Below are positions 38,710 to 50,069 of a stretch of DNA of 64,000 bases, in pieces. Numbering within the stretch: the first letter of the stretch is position 1; every line of letters starts with the position of its first letter. The notes beneath the pieces are model-generated. The model had not been told where the DNA came from. It did no database searches and saw only the letters and a list, made by a program, of their open reading frames with translations. The stretch lies in the NCBI GenBank assembly GCA_002269645.1, contig NIVC01000781.1:142491-206490 (forward strand), given 5' to 3'. Position numbers and translations under genes: made by a program. This DNA is from Macrostomum lignano. Taxonomy: Eukaryota.

Positions 38710-41700
38710 AAGAAGCGTCATGTAAAAATCATAGATGCGTCATTTAAAAAAATCATAGAAGCGTCATGTAAAATATCATAGAAGCGTCATGTAAACAATC
38801 ATAGAAGCGTCATGTAAACAATCATAGAAGCGTCATGTAAACAATCATAGAAGCGTCATGTAAACAATCATAGAAGCGTCATGTAAACAATCATAGATGC
38901 GTCATTTAAAAAATCATAGAAGCGTCATGTAAAATATCATAGAAGCGTCATGTAAACAATCATAGAAGCGTCATGTAAACAATCATAGATGCGTCATTTA
39001 AAAAATCATAGAAGCGTCATGTAAAATATCATAGAAGCGTCATGTAAACAATCATAGAAGCGTCATGTAAACAATCATAGAAGCGTCATGTAAAAAATCA
39101 TAGAAGCGTCATGTTAACAATCATAGAAGCGTCATGTAAAAAATCGTAGAAGCGTCATGTAAAATATCATAGAAGCGTCATGTAAACAATCATAGAAGCG
39201 TCATGTAAAAATCATAGAAGCGTCATGTAAAATATCATAGAAGCGTCATGTAAAAAAATCATAGAAGCGTCATGTAAAAAATCGTAGAAGCGTCATGTAA
39301 AATATCATAGAAGCGTCATGTGAACAATCATAGAAGCGTCATGTAAAAATCATAGAAGCGTCATGTAAAAAATCATAGAAGCGTCATGTAAAAAAATCAT
39401 AAAAGCGTCATGTAAAAAATAATAGAAGCGTCATGTAAAAAATCAGAGAAGCGTCATGTAAACAATCATAGAAGCGTCATATAAAAATCATAGAAGCGTC
39501 ATGTAAACAATCATAGAAGCGTCATATAAAAATCATAGAAGCGTCATGTATAAAATCATAGAAGCGTCATGTAAAGATCATAGAAGCGTCATGTAAGCAA
39601 TCATAGAAGCGTCATGTAAAAATCATAGAAGCGTCATGTTAACAATCATAGAAGCGTCATGTAAAATATCATAGAAGCGTCATGTGAACAATCATAGAAG
39701 CGTCATGTAAAAATCATAGAAGCGTCATGTAAAAAATCATAGAAGCGTCATGTAAAAAAATCATAGTAGCGTCATGTAAACAATCATAGAAGCGTCATGT
39801 AAACAATCATAGAAGCGTCATGTAAACAATCATAGAAGCGTCATGTAAACAATCATAGATGCGTCATTTAAAAAATCATAGAAGCGTCATATAAAAATCA
39901 TAGATGCTTCATTTAAAAAATCATAGAAGCGTCATGTAAAATATCATAGAAGCGTCATGTAAACAATCATAGAAGCGTCATGTAAAAAACCATAGAAGCG
40001 TCATGTTAACAATCATAGAAGCGTCATGTAAACAATCATAGAAGCGTCATGTAAACAATCATAGAAGCGTCATGTAAACAATCATAGAAGCGTCATGTAA
40101 ACAATCATAGATGCGTCATTTAAAAAATCATAGAAGCGTCATATAAAAATCATAGATGCGTCATTTAAAAAATCATAGAAGCGTCATGTAAAATATCATA
40201 GAAGCGTCATGTAAACAATCATAGAAGCGTCATGTAAAAAATCATAGAAGCGTCATGTTAACAATCATAGAAGCGTCATGTAAACAATCATAGAAGCGTC
40301 ATGTAAACAATCATAGAAGCGTCATGTAAACAATCATAAAAGCGTCATGTAAACAATCATAGATGCGTCATTTAAAAAATCATAGAAGCGTCATGTAAAA
40401 AATCGTAGAAGCGTCATATAAAAATCATAGAAGCGTCATTTAAAAAATCATAGAAGCGTCATGTAAAATATCATAGAAGCGTCATGTAAAATATCATAGA
40501 AGCGTCATGTAAACAATCATAGAAGCGTCATGTAAACAATCATAGAAGCGTCATGTAAAAAATCGTAGAAGCGTCATATAAAAATCATAGAAGCGTCATT
40601 TAAAAAATCATAGAAGCGTCATGTAAAATATCATAGAAGCGTCATGTAAACAATCATAGAAGCGTCATGTAAACAATCATAGAAGCGTCATGTAAAAAAT
40701 CGTAGAAGCGTCATGTAAAATATCATAGAAGCGTCATGTGAACAATCATAGAAGCGTCATGTAAAAATCATAGAAGCGTCATGTAAAAAATCATAGAAGC
40801 GTCATGTAAAAAAATCATAGAAGCGTCATGTAAAAAATAATAGAAGCGTCATGTAAAAAATCAGAGAAGCGTCATGTAAACAATCATAGAAGCGTTATAT
40901 AAAAATCATAGAAGCGTCATGTAAACAATCATAGAAGCGTCATATAAAAATCATAGAAGCGTCATGTATAAAATCATAGAAGCGTCATGTAAAGATCATA
41001 GAAGCGTCATGTAAGCAATCATAGAAGCGCCATGTAAAAATCATAGAAGCGTCATGTTAACAATCATAGAAGCGTCATGTAAACAATCATAGAAGCGTCA
41101 TGTAAAATATCATAGAAGCGTCATGTAAACAATCATAGAAGCGTCATGTAAACAATCATAGAAGCGTCATGTAAACAATCATAGAAGCGTCATGTAAACA
41201 ATCATAGAAGCGTCATGTAAACAATCATAGAAGTGTCATGTAAACAATAATAGAAGCGTCATGTAAACAATCATAGAAGCGTCATGTAAACAATCATAGA
41301 AGCGTCATGTAAACAATCATAGAAGCGTCATGTAAACAATCATAGATGCGTCATTTAAACAATCATAGAAGCGTCATATAAAAATCATAGATGCGTCATT
41401 TAAAAAATCATAGAAGCGTCATGTAAAATATCATAGAAGCGTCATGTAAACAATCATAGAAGCGTCATGTAAAAAATCATAGAAGCGTCATGTTAACAAT
41501 CATAGAAGCGTCATGTTAACAATCATAGAAGCGTCATATAAAAATCATAAAAGCGTCATGTAAACAATCATAGAAGCGTCATGTAAACAATCATAGAAGC
41601 GTCATGTAAACAATCATAGAAGTGTCATGTAAACAATCATAGAAGCGTCATGTAAACAATCATAGAAGCGTCATGTAAACAATCATAGAAGCGTCATGTA

Positions 41701-42560
41701 AACAATCATAGAAGCGTCATGTAAAAAATCGTAGAAGCGTCATATAAAAATCATAGAAGCGTCATTTAAAAAATCATAGAAGCGTCATTTAAAAAATCAT
41801 AGAAGCGTAATGTAAACAATCATAGAAGCGTCATGTAAAAAATCATAGAAGCGGCATTTCAAAAATCATAGGAGCGTCATGTAAACAATCATAGAAGCGT
41901 CATGTAAAAAATCGTAGAAGCGTCATGTAAAATATCATAGAAGCGTCATGTAAACAATCATAGAAGCGTCATGTAAAAATCATAGAAGCGTCATGTAAAA
42001 TATCATAGAAGCGTCATGTAAAAAAATCATAGAAGCGTCATGTAAAAAATCGTAGAAGCGTCATGTAAAATATCATAGAAGCGTCATGTAAACAATCATA
42101 GAAGCGTCATATAAAAATCATAGAAGCGTCATGTATAAAATCATAGAAGCGTCATGTAAAGATCATAGAAGCGTCATGTAAGCAATCATAGAAGCGCCAT
42201 GTAAAAATCATAGAAGCGTCATGTAAACAATCATAGAAGCGTCATGTAAACAATCATAGAAGCGTCATGTAAAATATCATAGAAGCGTCATGTAAACAAT
42301 CATAGAAGCGTCATGTAAACAATCATAGAAGCGTCATGTAAAAAATCATAGAAGCGTCATGTAAAAAATCATAGAAGCGTCATGTAAAAAATCATAGAAG
42401 CGTCATGTAAAAAATCAGATAAGCGTCATGTAAACAATCATAGAAGCGTCATGTAAACAATCATAGAAGCATTATGTAAACAATCATAGAAACGTCATGT
42501 AAAAATCATAGAAGCGTCATGTAAAAAATCATAGAAGCCTTATTTAAAAACTAATGAAAG
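38710..42560. repeat. 23-bp satellite (ATCATAGAAGCGTCATGTAAACA)n inside Helitron copy 1
   Basis: Period 23 over ~3.85 kb. Confidence 0.97.
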
Positions 42561-43480
42561 TGTCATTTAAAAAATTAGGAAGCATCATGGTAGAATAAAA
42601 GAAGCATCATGGTAGAATAAAAGAAGCATCATGTCAGACATGAAGGGTGTCATGTAAAAATTAAATGCAGCTATAATGCTGTGCTGGGGAGAAAAACTGA
42701 GACGTCAAGGCTCTCAGAGAATAACTGAGATTATGGGTGGGGGGGGGTTTCTGAAATTCTGTGATGTCAAAGCAAAAGTCAGAAGCTACTTCAAAGTTCA
42801 TGTACTTTACTCAATTTTTTATTGCATTCTTTGTTGGCTCGCCACGGGGGGGGCGCTGATAGAAGAAGAGTCATGTAAAAAATAAAAGTAGCACTACGTA
42901 TACATAAAAGAAAAGTCATGTCGAAGTTAAAAGATTCATTTGGGAATTGCTACGAGGTCAAAGCTTGGTGGAAATCGTTATAGTGCTGTGATTCTTAAAG
43001 AAGGAATCACTAAAATGTCAAGGCTTAGGGGAGAAGAATTGCTGAGATTTCAAGGCTTTAGGTTGGGTTAAAGTTAGGTTTAGGTCAGGTGTGGGTTGAG
43101 GGTTATATTTTATCGGGTTTCAAGGTTAACGGGGGATTTTTCAGATTTCAAGGTTTATGGGGGCCATCGCTGACATGTTAAGGCTTACGGGGGGAATAGC
43201 TGAGATGTCAAGGCTCACGGGGGTATAAATAAGATTTCAAGGCTAAAGTCAGAAGCTACATGTAGTTTATTGAAAAATTTTTATTACATTATTTGATGCC
43301 TCCTCAGGGGAGGGATCGCTGATAAAAAAGCGTAATGTAAAAAATAAAAGAAGCTTCATTTCGAAGTTAAGAGATTCATTTGGGAATCCCTACGATGTCG
43401 AGGCTTGCAGGGAATCACTATAATGCTGTAGTAGTGCTATAATGACTCTTAGAGAGAATTATTACTGAAATTTCAATGCT

Positions 43481-43547
43481 TTAGGGTTAGGTTAGGGTTA
43501 GGGTTAGGGTTAGGGTTAGGGTTAGGGTTAGGCTAGGGTTAGGGTTA
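43481..43547 (+). repeat. Interstitial (TTAGGG)n inside Helitron copy 1
   Basis: About 11 near-perfect units. Confidence 0.9.
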
Positions 43548-44344
43548 GAAGGTTGACAGATATTTTTAGATTTCCAAGGCTTATTGGGGGCATTGCTGAG
43601 ATGTCAAGGGGGGGGAATTACTGACATGTCAAGGCTTACAAGGTTTGACAAGAGATTTTTTAAGATTTCAAGGATACATGTAGCTTATTAAAAAAAATGT
43701 GTATTGCATTTCTTTGGCTCCCCAACGGGGGGCGTAGATTGCTAGTCCAATATACTAAAAATGGTCTGTCTGTGTCTATCTATCTATCTATGTGATTGAT
43801 TAGAGAAAAAATGGCTGGACCGATTTTTTTCAAACTTGCACTGTTCGATCTGAAATTTTCCCGTGACTGTACATGCATCGTGGCTAAGAAATTGCTCGAT
43901 GCTAAAGGCATTAAATATTCGAAAAACATGCTTTTTTGCAAAGGTCAAGCAAACTTTTCGACTTGAAATGCATTGTAAGAATTCTAGAGAAAAAAAAACT
44001 GACTGGTTGAATTCTGATTCTGAAATAGATTGCATCATAACTGAATTGTAACTCCGACTTGAATTGAAAATGCAGTGTGGAAGCGTAGTATCAGATTTAA
44101 CTGATACTGACTGACTGAGAAATTGATTATGTCATAACTGCTTCGTGTGATTTACTCTATGCTTGGATTTAAAAGTGTTGAATTAAATAAGTGAAAAATT
44201 TGATGTTATCAAAACGATGAGAGCTAGCCTAGAGGTGAACAAACTGAACTGCTAAATGCAGCGACGATGGTTCGAATTTTCATAGAGTATAATTTTTTTA
44301 ATTAAAGCTTTTCAATGTCAGGAAAACTAAAAGACTTTTTAAAA

Positions 44345-46100
44345 AGAAGCGTCATGTAAAAATCTTCTAGAAGCGTCATGTAAAAAATCGTGGAAGCGTC
44401 ATTTAAAAAATCATAGAAGCGTCATTTAAAAAATCATGGAAGCGTCATATAAAAATCATAGATGCGTCATTTAAAAAATCAAAGATGCGTCATTTAAAAA
44501 ATCATAGAAGCGCCATGTAAACAATCATAAAATCGTCATTTAAAAAATCATAAAAGCGTCATGTAAAAATCATAGAAGCGTCATGTAAACAATCATAAAA
44601 GCGTCATGTAAAAAATCATAGAAGCGTCATGCAAACAATCATAGAAGCGTCATATAAAAATCATAAAAGCGTCATGTAAACAATCATAGAAGCGTCATGT
44701 AAACAATCATAGAAGCGTCATGTAAACAATCATAGAAGTGTCATGTAAACAATCATAGAAGCGTCATGTAAACAATCATAGAAGCGTCATGTAAACAATC
44801 ATAGAAGCGTCATGTAAACAATCATAGAAGCGTCATGTAAACAATCATAGAAGCGTCATGTAAACAATTATAGAAGCGTCAAGAAAAAATCATAGAGGCC
44901 TCATTTAAAAAACATAGAAGCGTCATTTAAAAAATCATAGAAGCGTCATGTAAAAAATCAGAGAATCGTCATGTAAACAATCATAAAAGCGTCATTTCAA
45001 AAATCATAGAAGCGTCATATAAAAATTATAGATGCGTCATTTCAACAATCATAGAAGCGTCACAAAAAAATCATAGAAGCGTCATGTAAAAAATCATAGA
45101 AGTGTCATGTAAAAATCGTAGAAGCGTCATGCAAAAAATCATAGAAGCGTCATGTAAAAAATCATAGAAGCGTCATGTAAACAATCATAGAAGCGTCATG
45201 TGAAAAATCGTAGAAGCGTCATTTTAAAATCATGGAAGCATCATTTAAAAAATCATAGAAGCGTCATGTAAACAATCATAGAAGCGTCATGTAAACAATC
45301 ATAGAAGCGCCATGTAAAAAATCATAGAAGCGTCATCTAAAAAATCATGGAAGCGTCATTTAAAAAATCATAGAAGCGTCATGTAAAAAATCATAGAAGC
45401 GTCATGTAAAAAATCATAGAAGCGTCATGTAAACAATCATAGAAGCCTCATGTAAACAATCATAAAAGCGTCATGTAAACAATCATAGAAGCGTCATGTA
45501 AAAAATCAGAGAAGCGTCATGTAAACAATCATAGAAGTGTCATGTAAACAATCATAGAAGCGTCATGTAAACAATCATAGAAGCGTCATGTAAACAATCA
45601 TAGAAGCGTCATGTAAAAAATCAGAGAAGCGTCATGTAAAAAATCATAGAAGCGTCATGTAACAATCATAGAAGCGTCATGTAAAAATCATAAAAGCGTC
45701 ATGTAAAAATCATAGAAGCGTCATGTAAACAATCATAGAAGCGTCATTTAAAAAAGTCATAAAAGCGTCATGTAAAAAATCATAGAAGCGTCATGTAAAC
45801 AATCATAGAAGCGTCATGTAAACAATCATAGAAGCGTCATGTAAAAAATCATAGAAGCATCGTGTAAACAATCATAGAAGCGTCATGTAAACAATCATAG
45901 AAGCGTCATGTAAACAATCATAGAAGCGTCATGTAAAAAATCAGAGAAGCGTCATGGAAACAATCATAGAAGCGTCATGTAACAATCATAGAAGCGTCAT
46001 TTAAAAAATCATAGAAGCGTCATGTAAACAATCATAGAAGCGTCATATAAAAATCATAGAAGCGTCAAGAAAAAATCATAGAAGCCTCATTTAAAAACTA
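44345..46100. repeat. 23-bp satellite inside Helitron copy 2
   Basis: Same unit as 38710-42560, ~1.75 kb. Confidence 0.97.
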
Positions 46101-46992
46101 ATGAGTGTCATTTAAAAAATTAAGAAGCATCATGGTGGAATAAAAGAAGCGTCATGTCAGACATGAAGGGTGTCATGTAAAAATAAATGCAGCTATAATG
46201 CTGTGCTGGGTAGAAAAACTGAGACGTAAAGGCTCTCAGAGAATAACTGAGATTACGGGGGGGGGGGGGGTTCTGAGATGTCAAAGCAAAAGTCAGAAGC
46301 TACTTCAAAGTTCATGTACTTTACTCAATTTTTTATTGCATTCTTTGTTGGCTCGCCACGGGGGGGGGTCGCTGATAGAAGAAGAGTCATGTAAAAAATA
46401 AAAGTAGCACTATGTATACATAAAAGAAAAGTCATGTCGAAGTTAAAAGATTCATTTGGGAATTGCTACGATGTCAAAGCTTGGTGGAAATCGTTATAGT
46501 GCTGTGATTCTTAAAGAAGGAATCACTAAAATGTCAAGGCTTAGGGGAGAAGAATTGCTGAGATTTCAAGGCTTTAGGTTGGGTTAAAGTTAGGTTTAGG
46601 TCAGGTGTGGGTTGAGGGTTATATTTTATCGAGTTTCAAGGTTAACAGGGGATTTTTTAGATTTCAAGGTTTATGGGGGCCATCGCTGACATGTCAAGGC
46701 TTACGGGGGGAATAGCTGAGATGTCAAGGCTCACGGGGGTATAAATGAGATTTCAAGGCTAAAGTCAGAAGCTACATGTAGTTTATTGAAAACTTTTATT
46801 ACATTATTTGATGCCTCCTCAGGGGAGGGATCGCTGATAAAAAAAGCGTAATGTAAAAAATAAAAGAAGCTTCATGTCGAAGTTAAGATATTCATTTGGG
46901 AATCCCAACGATGTCGAGGCTTGCAGGGAATCGCTATAATGCTGTAGTAGTGCTATAATGACTCTTAGAGAGAATTACTGAAATTTCAATGC

Positions 46993-47062
46993 TTTAGGGT
47001 TGGGTTAGGGTTAGGGTTAGGGTTAGGGTTAGGGTTAGGGTTAGGCTATAGGGTTAGGGTTA
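46993..47062 (+). repeat. Interstitial (TTAGGG)n inside Helitron copy 2
   Basis: About 11 near-perfect units. Confidence 0.9.
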
Positions 47063-47259
47063 GAAGGTTGACAGATATTTTTAGATTTCCAAGGCTTATT
47101 GGGGGCATTGCTGAGATGTCAAGGGGGGGGAATTACTGACATGTCAAGGCTTACAAGGTTTGACAAGAGATTTTTTAAGATTTCAAGGATACATGTAGCT
47201 TATTAAAAAAACGTGTATTGCATTTCTTTGGCTCCCCAACGGGGGGCGTAGATTGCTAG

Positions 47260-47395
47260 TTATGTATCTTAAAAATGGAACAAATAGCAGGAGAAGTTCT
47301 CCTCAAAGCAATTTTTATATTGTGACTCAGCTTTAACGTCGTGCGAAACCCACACTGAGTGAAGCGTATGGTCAAATAGGCTCTCGCAGGAACTC
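47260..47395 (+). repeat. Polinton B left TIR, part 2
   Basis: Reverse complement of 63095-63230; resumes exactly where part 1 stops (CTAAA|TTATGTATC). Confidence 0.92.
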
Positions 47396-47710
47396 TAAAA
47401 ATTGGTCAAGGACAGCTTCCATTACACAAAGTTAAATTTAATTCACGTAAATCAAAATTGCTATAATGAAAATTAATTATAAAAAATTAAAAAAGATAAC
47501 AGCTCCTTAAAATCCGTTTTTAGGATACACTTCGCATAACTTATGCAAATAATAATAATGGTTTTGTATTTTAAATATTGAAGTAGTGATTATTAAAACA
47601 GTAACAAAAAGTCCTCAAACGCCTATGAAGAACAAAATTAAAACATTAGAGCAATTTATTAATATTGACAAATTAGTCCATGATCGCCACAAGTCATCAA
47701 TCATCTAGTT

Positions 47711-48148
47711 TTAGTTAGCTGATGAAGCAGCAGTACCTCGGTTGTCAGCAGTGCCTTGGATGTCAGCAGTGCCTCGGTTGTCAGCAGTGCCTCGGTTGTC
47801 AGCAGTGCCTCGGTTGTCAGCAGCGATCTCATAGGGTGGTGGAAGGCTATCATCTTCAGTATCCAAATCACCAATCGCTTGCATGGCTTGAGCTTGGTTT
47901 TGATAGGATAGTGCAATAGCTTGCATGCTTTTTCTTTTTGCCACATTTTCCTTCAGAAGCTTCAGGAGCTTATCCTCCTCCGTAAAGGACTTGAATGTAT
48001 CTAAACCTTGTAGCTTATTGATTAGTCTCTCAGAACCTAGATCTGCAAATATAGTTAATGGCATGAGCCTTCGAATCTTTTGCTTTGTGAGTTCGAATTC
48101 CTTTCGATGATCCCTATATCTCTTGCGAAGTTCCTTTTCGGATGGCAT
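47711..48148 (-). CDS. Polinton B hypothetical protein with PPPY motif and (ADNRGT)n tail
   Basis: 145-aa ORF; 18-bp coding repeat. Confidence 0.55.
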   Translation of the reverse strand: MPSEKELRKRYRDHRKEFELTKQKIRRLMPLTIFADLGSERLINKLQGLDTFKSFTEEDKLLKLLKENVAKRKSMQAIALSYQNQAQAMQAIGDLDTEDDSLPPPYEIAADNRGTADNRGTADNRGTADIQGTADNRGTAASSAN

Positions 48149-48855
48149 GTCTATTAAAGCTTTTTATTGTTGCAATGAATTTGGAGAGAATTATCAGCCA
48201 TCTTTCCAAATTCATTCCTGTATTAATATTATGTGAAAATACAAAAGCAGCGCATAACCTCAATTCTCATTGGTGTCTCATTGATGACAACCAATGAGAA
48301 AGCGACACCGGGTGAATGGAATGCAACTTTGCAGGCTCATGCCAGATGCAGAAAAAATTCTATCCACATGAGTCAGAATTGTAGTTACTTGAGATGCATG
48401 GCATCGCACTGCACAATGCACACTGAAAGAAACTATGTTCCTTTTTTCTTTAAAGCAGAATGACTCAACATTCTTTCTAGCTTTTCACATCAAGAATGAA
48501 GCAAAGCAACTAACCTAACCCTAACAGTTTAGCAGTTGAGTCAATAAGAATTTATTGTTCCTTTATCAATAGGTTTTGAATATCAGCATGCTGCAGCAGG
48601 AATTGAGCACCTCTTAAACCCCAACTCTAAAGCACGGCCATGGCAGTTTTTTCTCTATTTTCATGACTCAATGCGCATGTAAGAAGTCGCTTAGGTGGCT
48701 TGATAAAAACCCGCTTTAGTTTTGGAAGCAATACAACACACGTTTATCAGACAGACTAAAGCAAACAGAGTGAACATATAAATCACACAACTCAGCAACA
48801 ACGAAAAGGTAAGAAATAAGTGTTCTTGTGTTTATTTTGATACCAAATAGTTATA

Positions 48856-49491
48856 ATGCCCTACATTTTAGAATCCCGTATGGAGGCAGCAATGGCATCA
48901 TTCGAATCCGACCTCGATAGTCTTATCAAGGAGATTTTTTGTAGTGGGGATTTAAAGCATTGTAAGAAATGGATAGGAGAATATAACAAGGTTGCTAGAA
49001 AATTTAATAGGAAGAAGTTTGCTATTCCAACTTTTCGAGGTAGATTGGAGAGAGTGGACAAGACAAAGGAACGAATAGCAGAAGCTGCTAAAATACTGCG
49101 GGATTCGATGGAGCATCAAGAGCCGGGAGAGATTAATGAATTTATGGACGGAGAATATCAATTTCAGGATGCAATTACAGAACTTAATTCCATTGATAAA
49201 ATGATAAACGAGCTACAGTGCCGGGGCTTGCAGTATGGAATTAAGTCTGGTCAGATATTAATAAGAATGAAGCTTTCATTGAGTGACGAGGAGTATAAAG
49301 TTTTTTTGTCTAGACTACGCTTTAAGTCCGCGTGGGGGAACTATTTAGTCCGAGTGGCTCGTCTAAGCACAGCACATCCAATTCTGTGGCGTTGTGGCAT
49401 CTCACTGTTTCGCCTACGTTCTATAATCAAGTACGCTGAGAAAGCCCTGGAGATGCTGGAGGATGAGGAGGAAGATGCACTTCTGATCTGA
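48856..49491 (+). CDS. Polinton B hypothetical protein (possible DUF3102-like helical domain)
   Basis: 211-aa ORF; GQILIRMK...EYKVFL...WGNYLVRVARL pattern recognised from memory only. Confidence 0.55.
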   Translation: MPYILESRMEAAMASFESDLDSLIKEIFCSGDLKHCKKWIGEYNKVARKFNRKKFAIPTFRGRLERVDKTKERIAEAAKILRDSMEHQEPGEINEFMDGEYQFQDAITELNSIDKMINELQCRGLQYGIKSGQILIRMKLSLSDEEYKVFLSRLRFKSAWGNYLVRVARLSTAHPILWRCGISLFRLRSIIKYAEKALEMLEDEEEDALLI

Positions 49492-49554
49492 TGAAAATCT
49501 TATTGCGCGCGTTGTGAATCATAACATCTGACTCTCATTATGCTGACTATTCTT

Positions 49555-49960
49555 ATTCACATCGAATACTGCAGTATCTGGTTCTTTTTTGCTCGTTGCT
49601 TTTTCACATCGAATACTGCAGTATCTGGTTCTTTTTTGCTCGTTGCTTTTCACATCGAATACTGCAGTATCTGGTTCTTTTTTGCTCGTTGCTTTTCACA
49701 TCGAATACTGCAGTATCTGGTTCTTTTTTGCTCGTTGCTTTTCACATCGAATACTGCAGTATCTGGTTCTTTTTTGCTCGTTGCTTTTCACATCGAATAC
49801 TGCAGTATCTGGTTCTTTTTTGCTCGTTGCTTTTCACATCGAATACTGCAGTATCTGGTTCTTTTTTGCTCGTTGCTTTTCACATCGAATACTGCAGTAT
49901 CTGGTTCTTTTTTGGTCGCTGCTTTTTCACATCGAATACTGCAGTATCTGGTTCTTTTTC
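49555..49960. repeat. 46-bp tandem repeat upstream of pPolB
   Basis: Period 46 (49621, 49667); no spacers. Confidence 0.95.
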
Positions 49961-50069
49961 TGCCTATTGTAATATCGCTTATACATTTCTAATTGCTTAA
50001 TCCTGTGGATGCCACAATAAATTTATAACGTCATTACATAATTTTCCTGCTAAATTTATTTTATAAAAA

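Larger units (their letters stand above)
38094..43745 (+). mobile_element. Non-autonomous Helitron, copy 1
   Basis: 5' TCCTATATACTAAAAATGGTCTGTCTG; 3' GC-rich hairpin GCTCCCCAACGGGGGGC followed by CTAG; inserted at an A^T site of the TIR with no TSD. Confidence 0.88.
43746..47259 (+). mobile_element. Non-autonomous Helitron, copy 2 (head-to-tail with copy 1)
   Basis: Junction ...GCTAG|TCCAATATACT... at 43745/43746; same 3' hairpin and CTAG at 47259. Confidence 0.88.

Noticed and set aside
43481-43547. True chromosome end or telomere fusion
   Set aside because: The tract is short and is present at the identical position within both Helitron copies.
49555-49960. CRISPR-like array (also considered for 7290-8165 and 26885-27360)
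   Set aside because: Units abut with no unique spacers, there are no cas genes, and the context is eukaryotic. The overlapping FHIEYCSIW ORFs are repeat artefacts.
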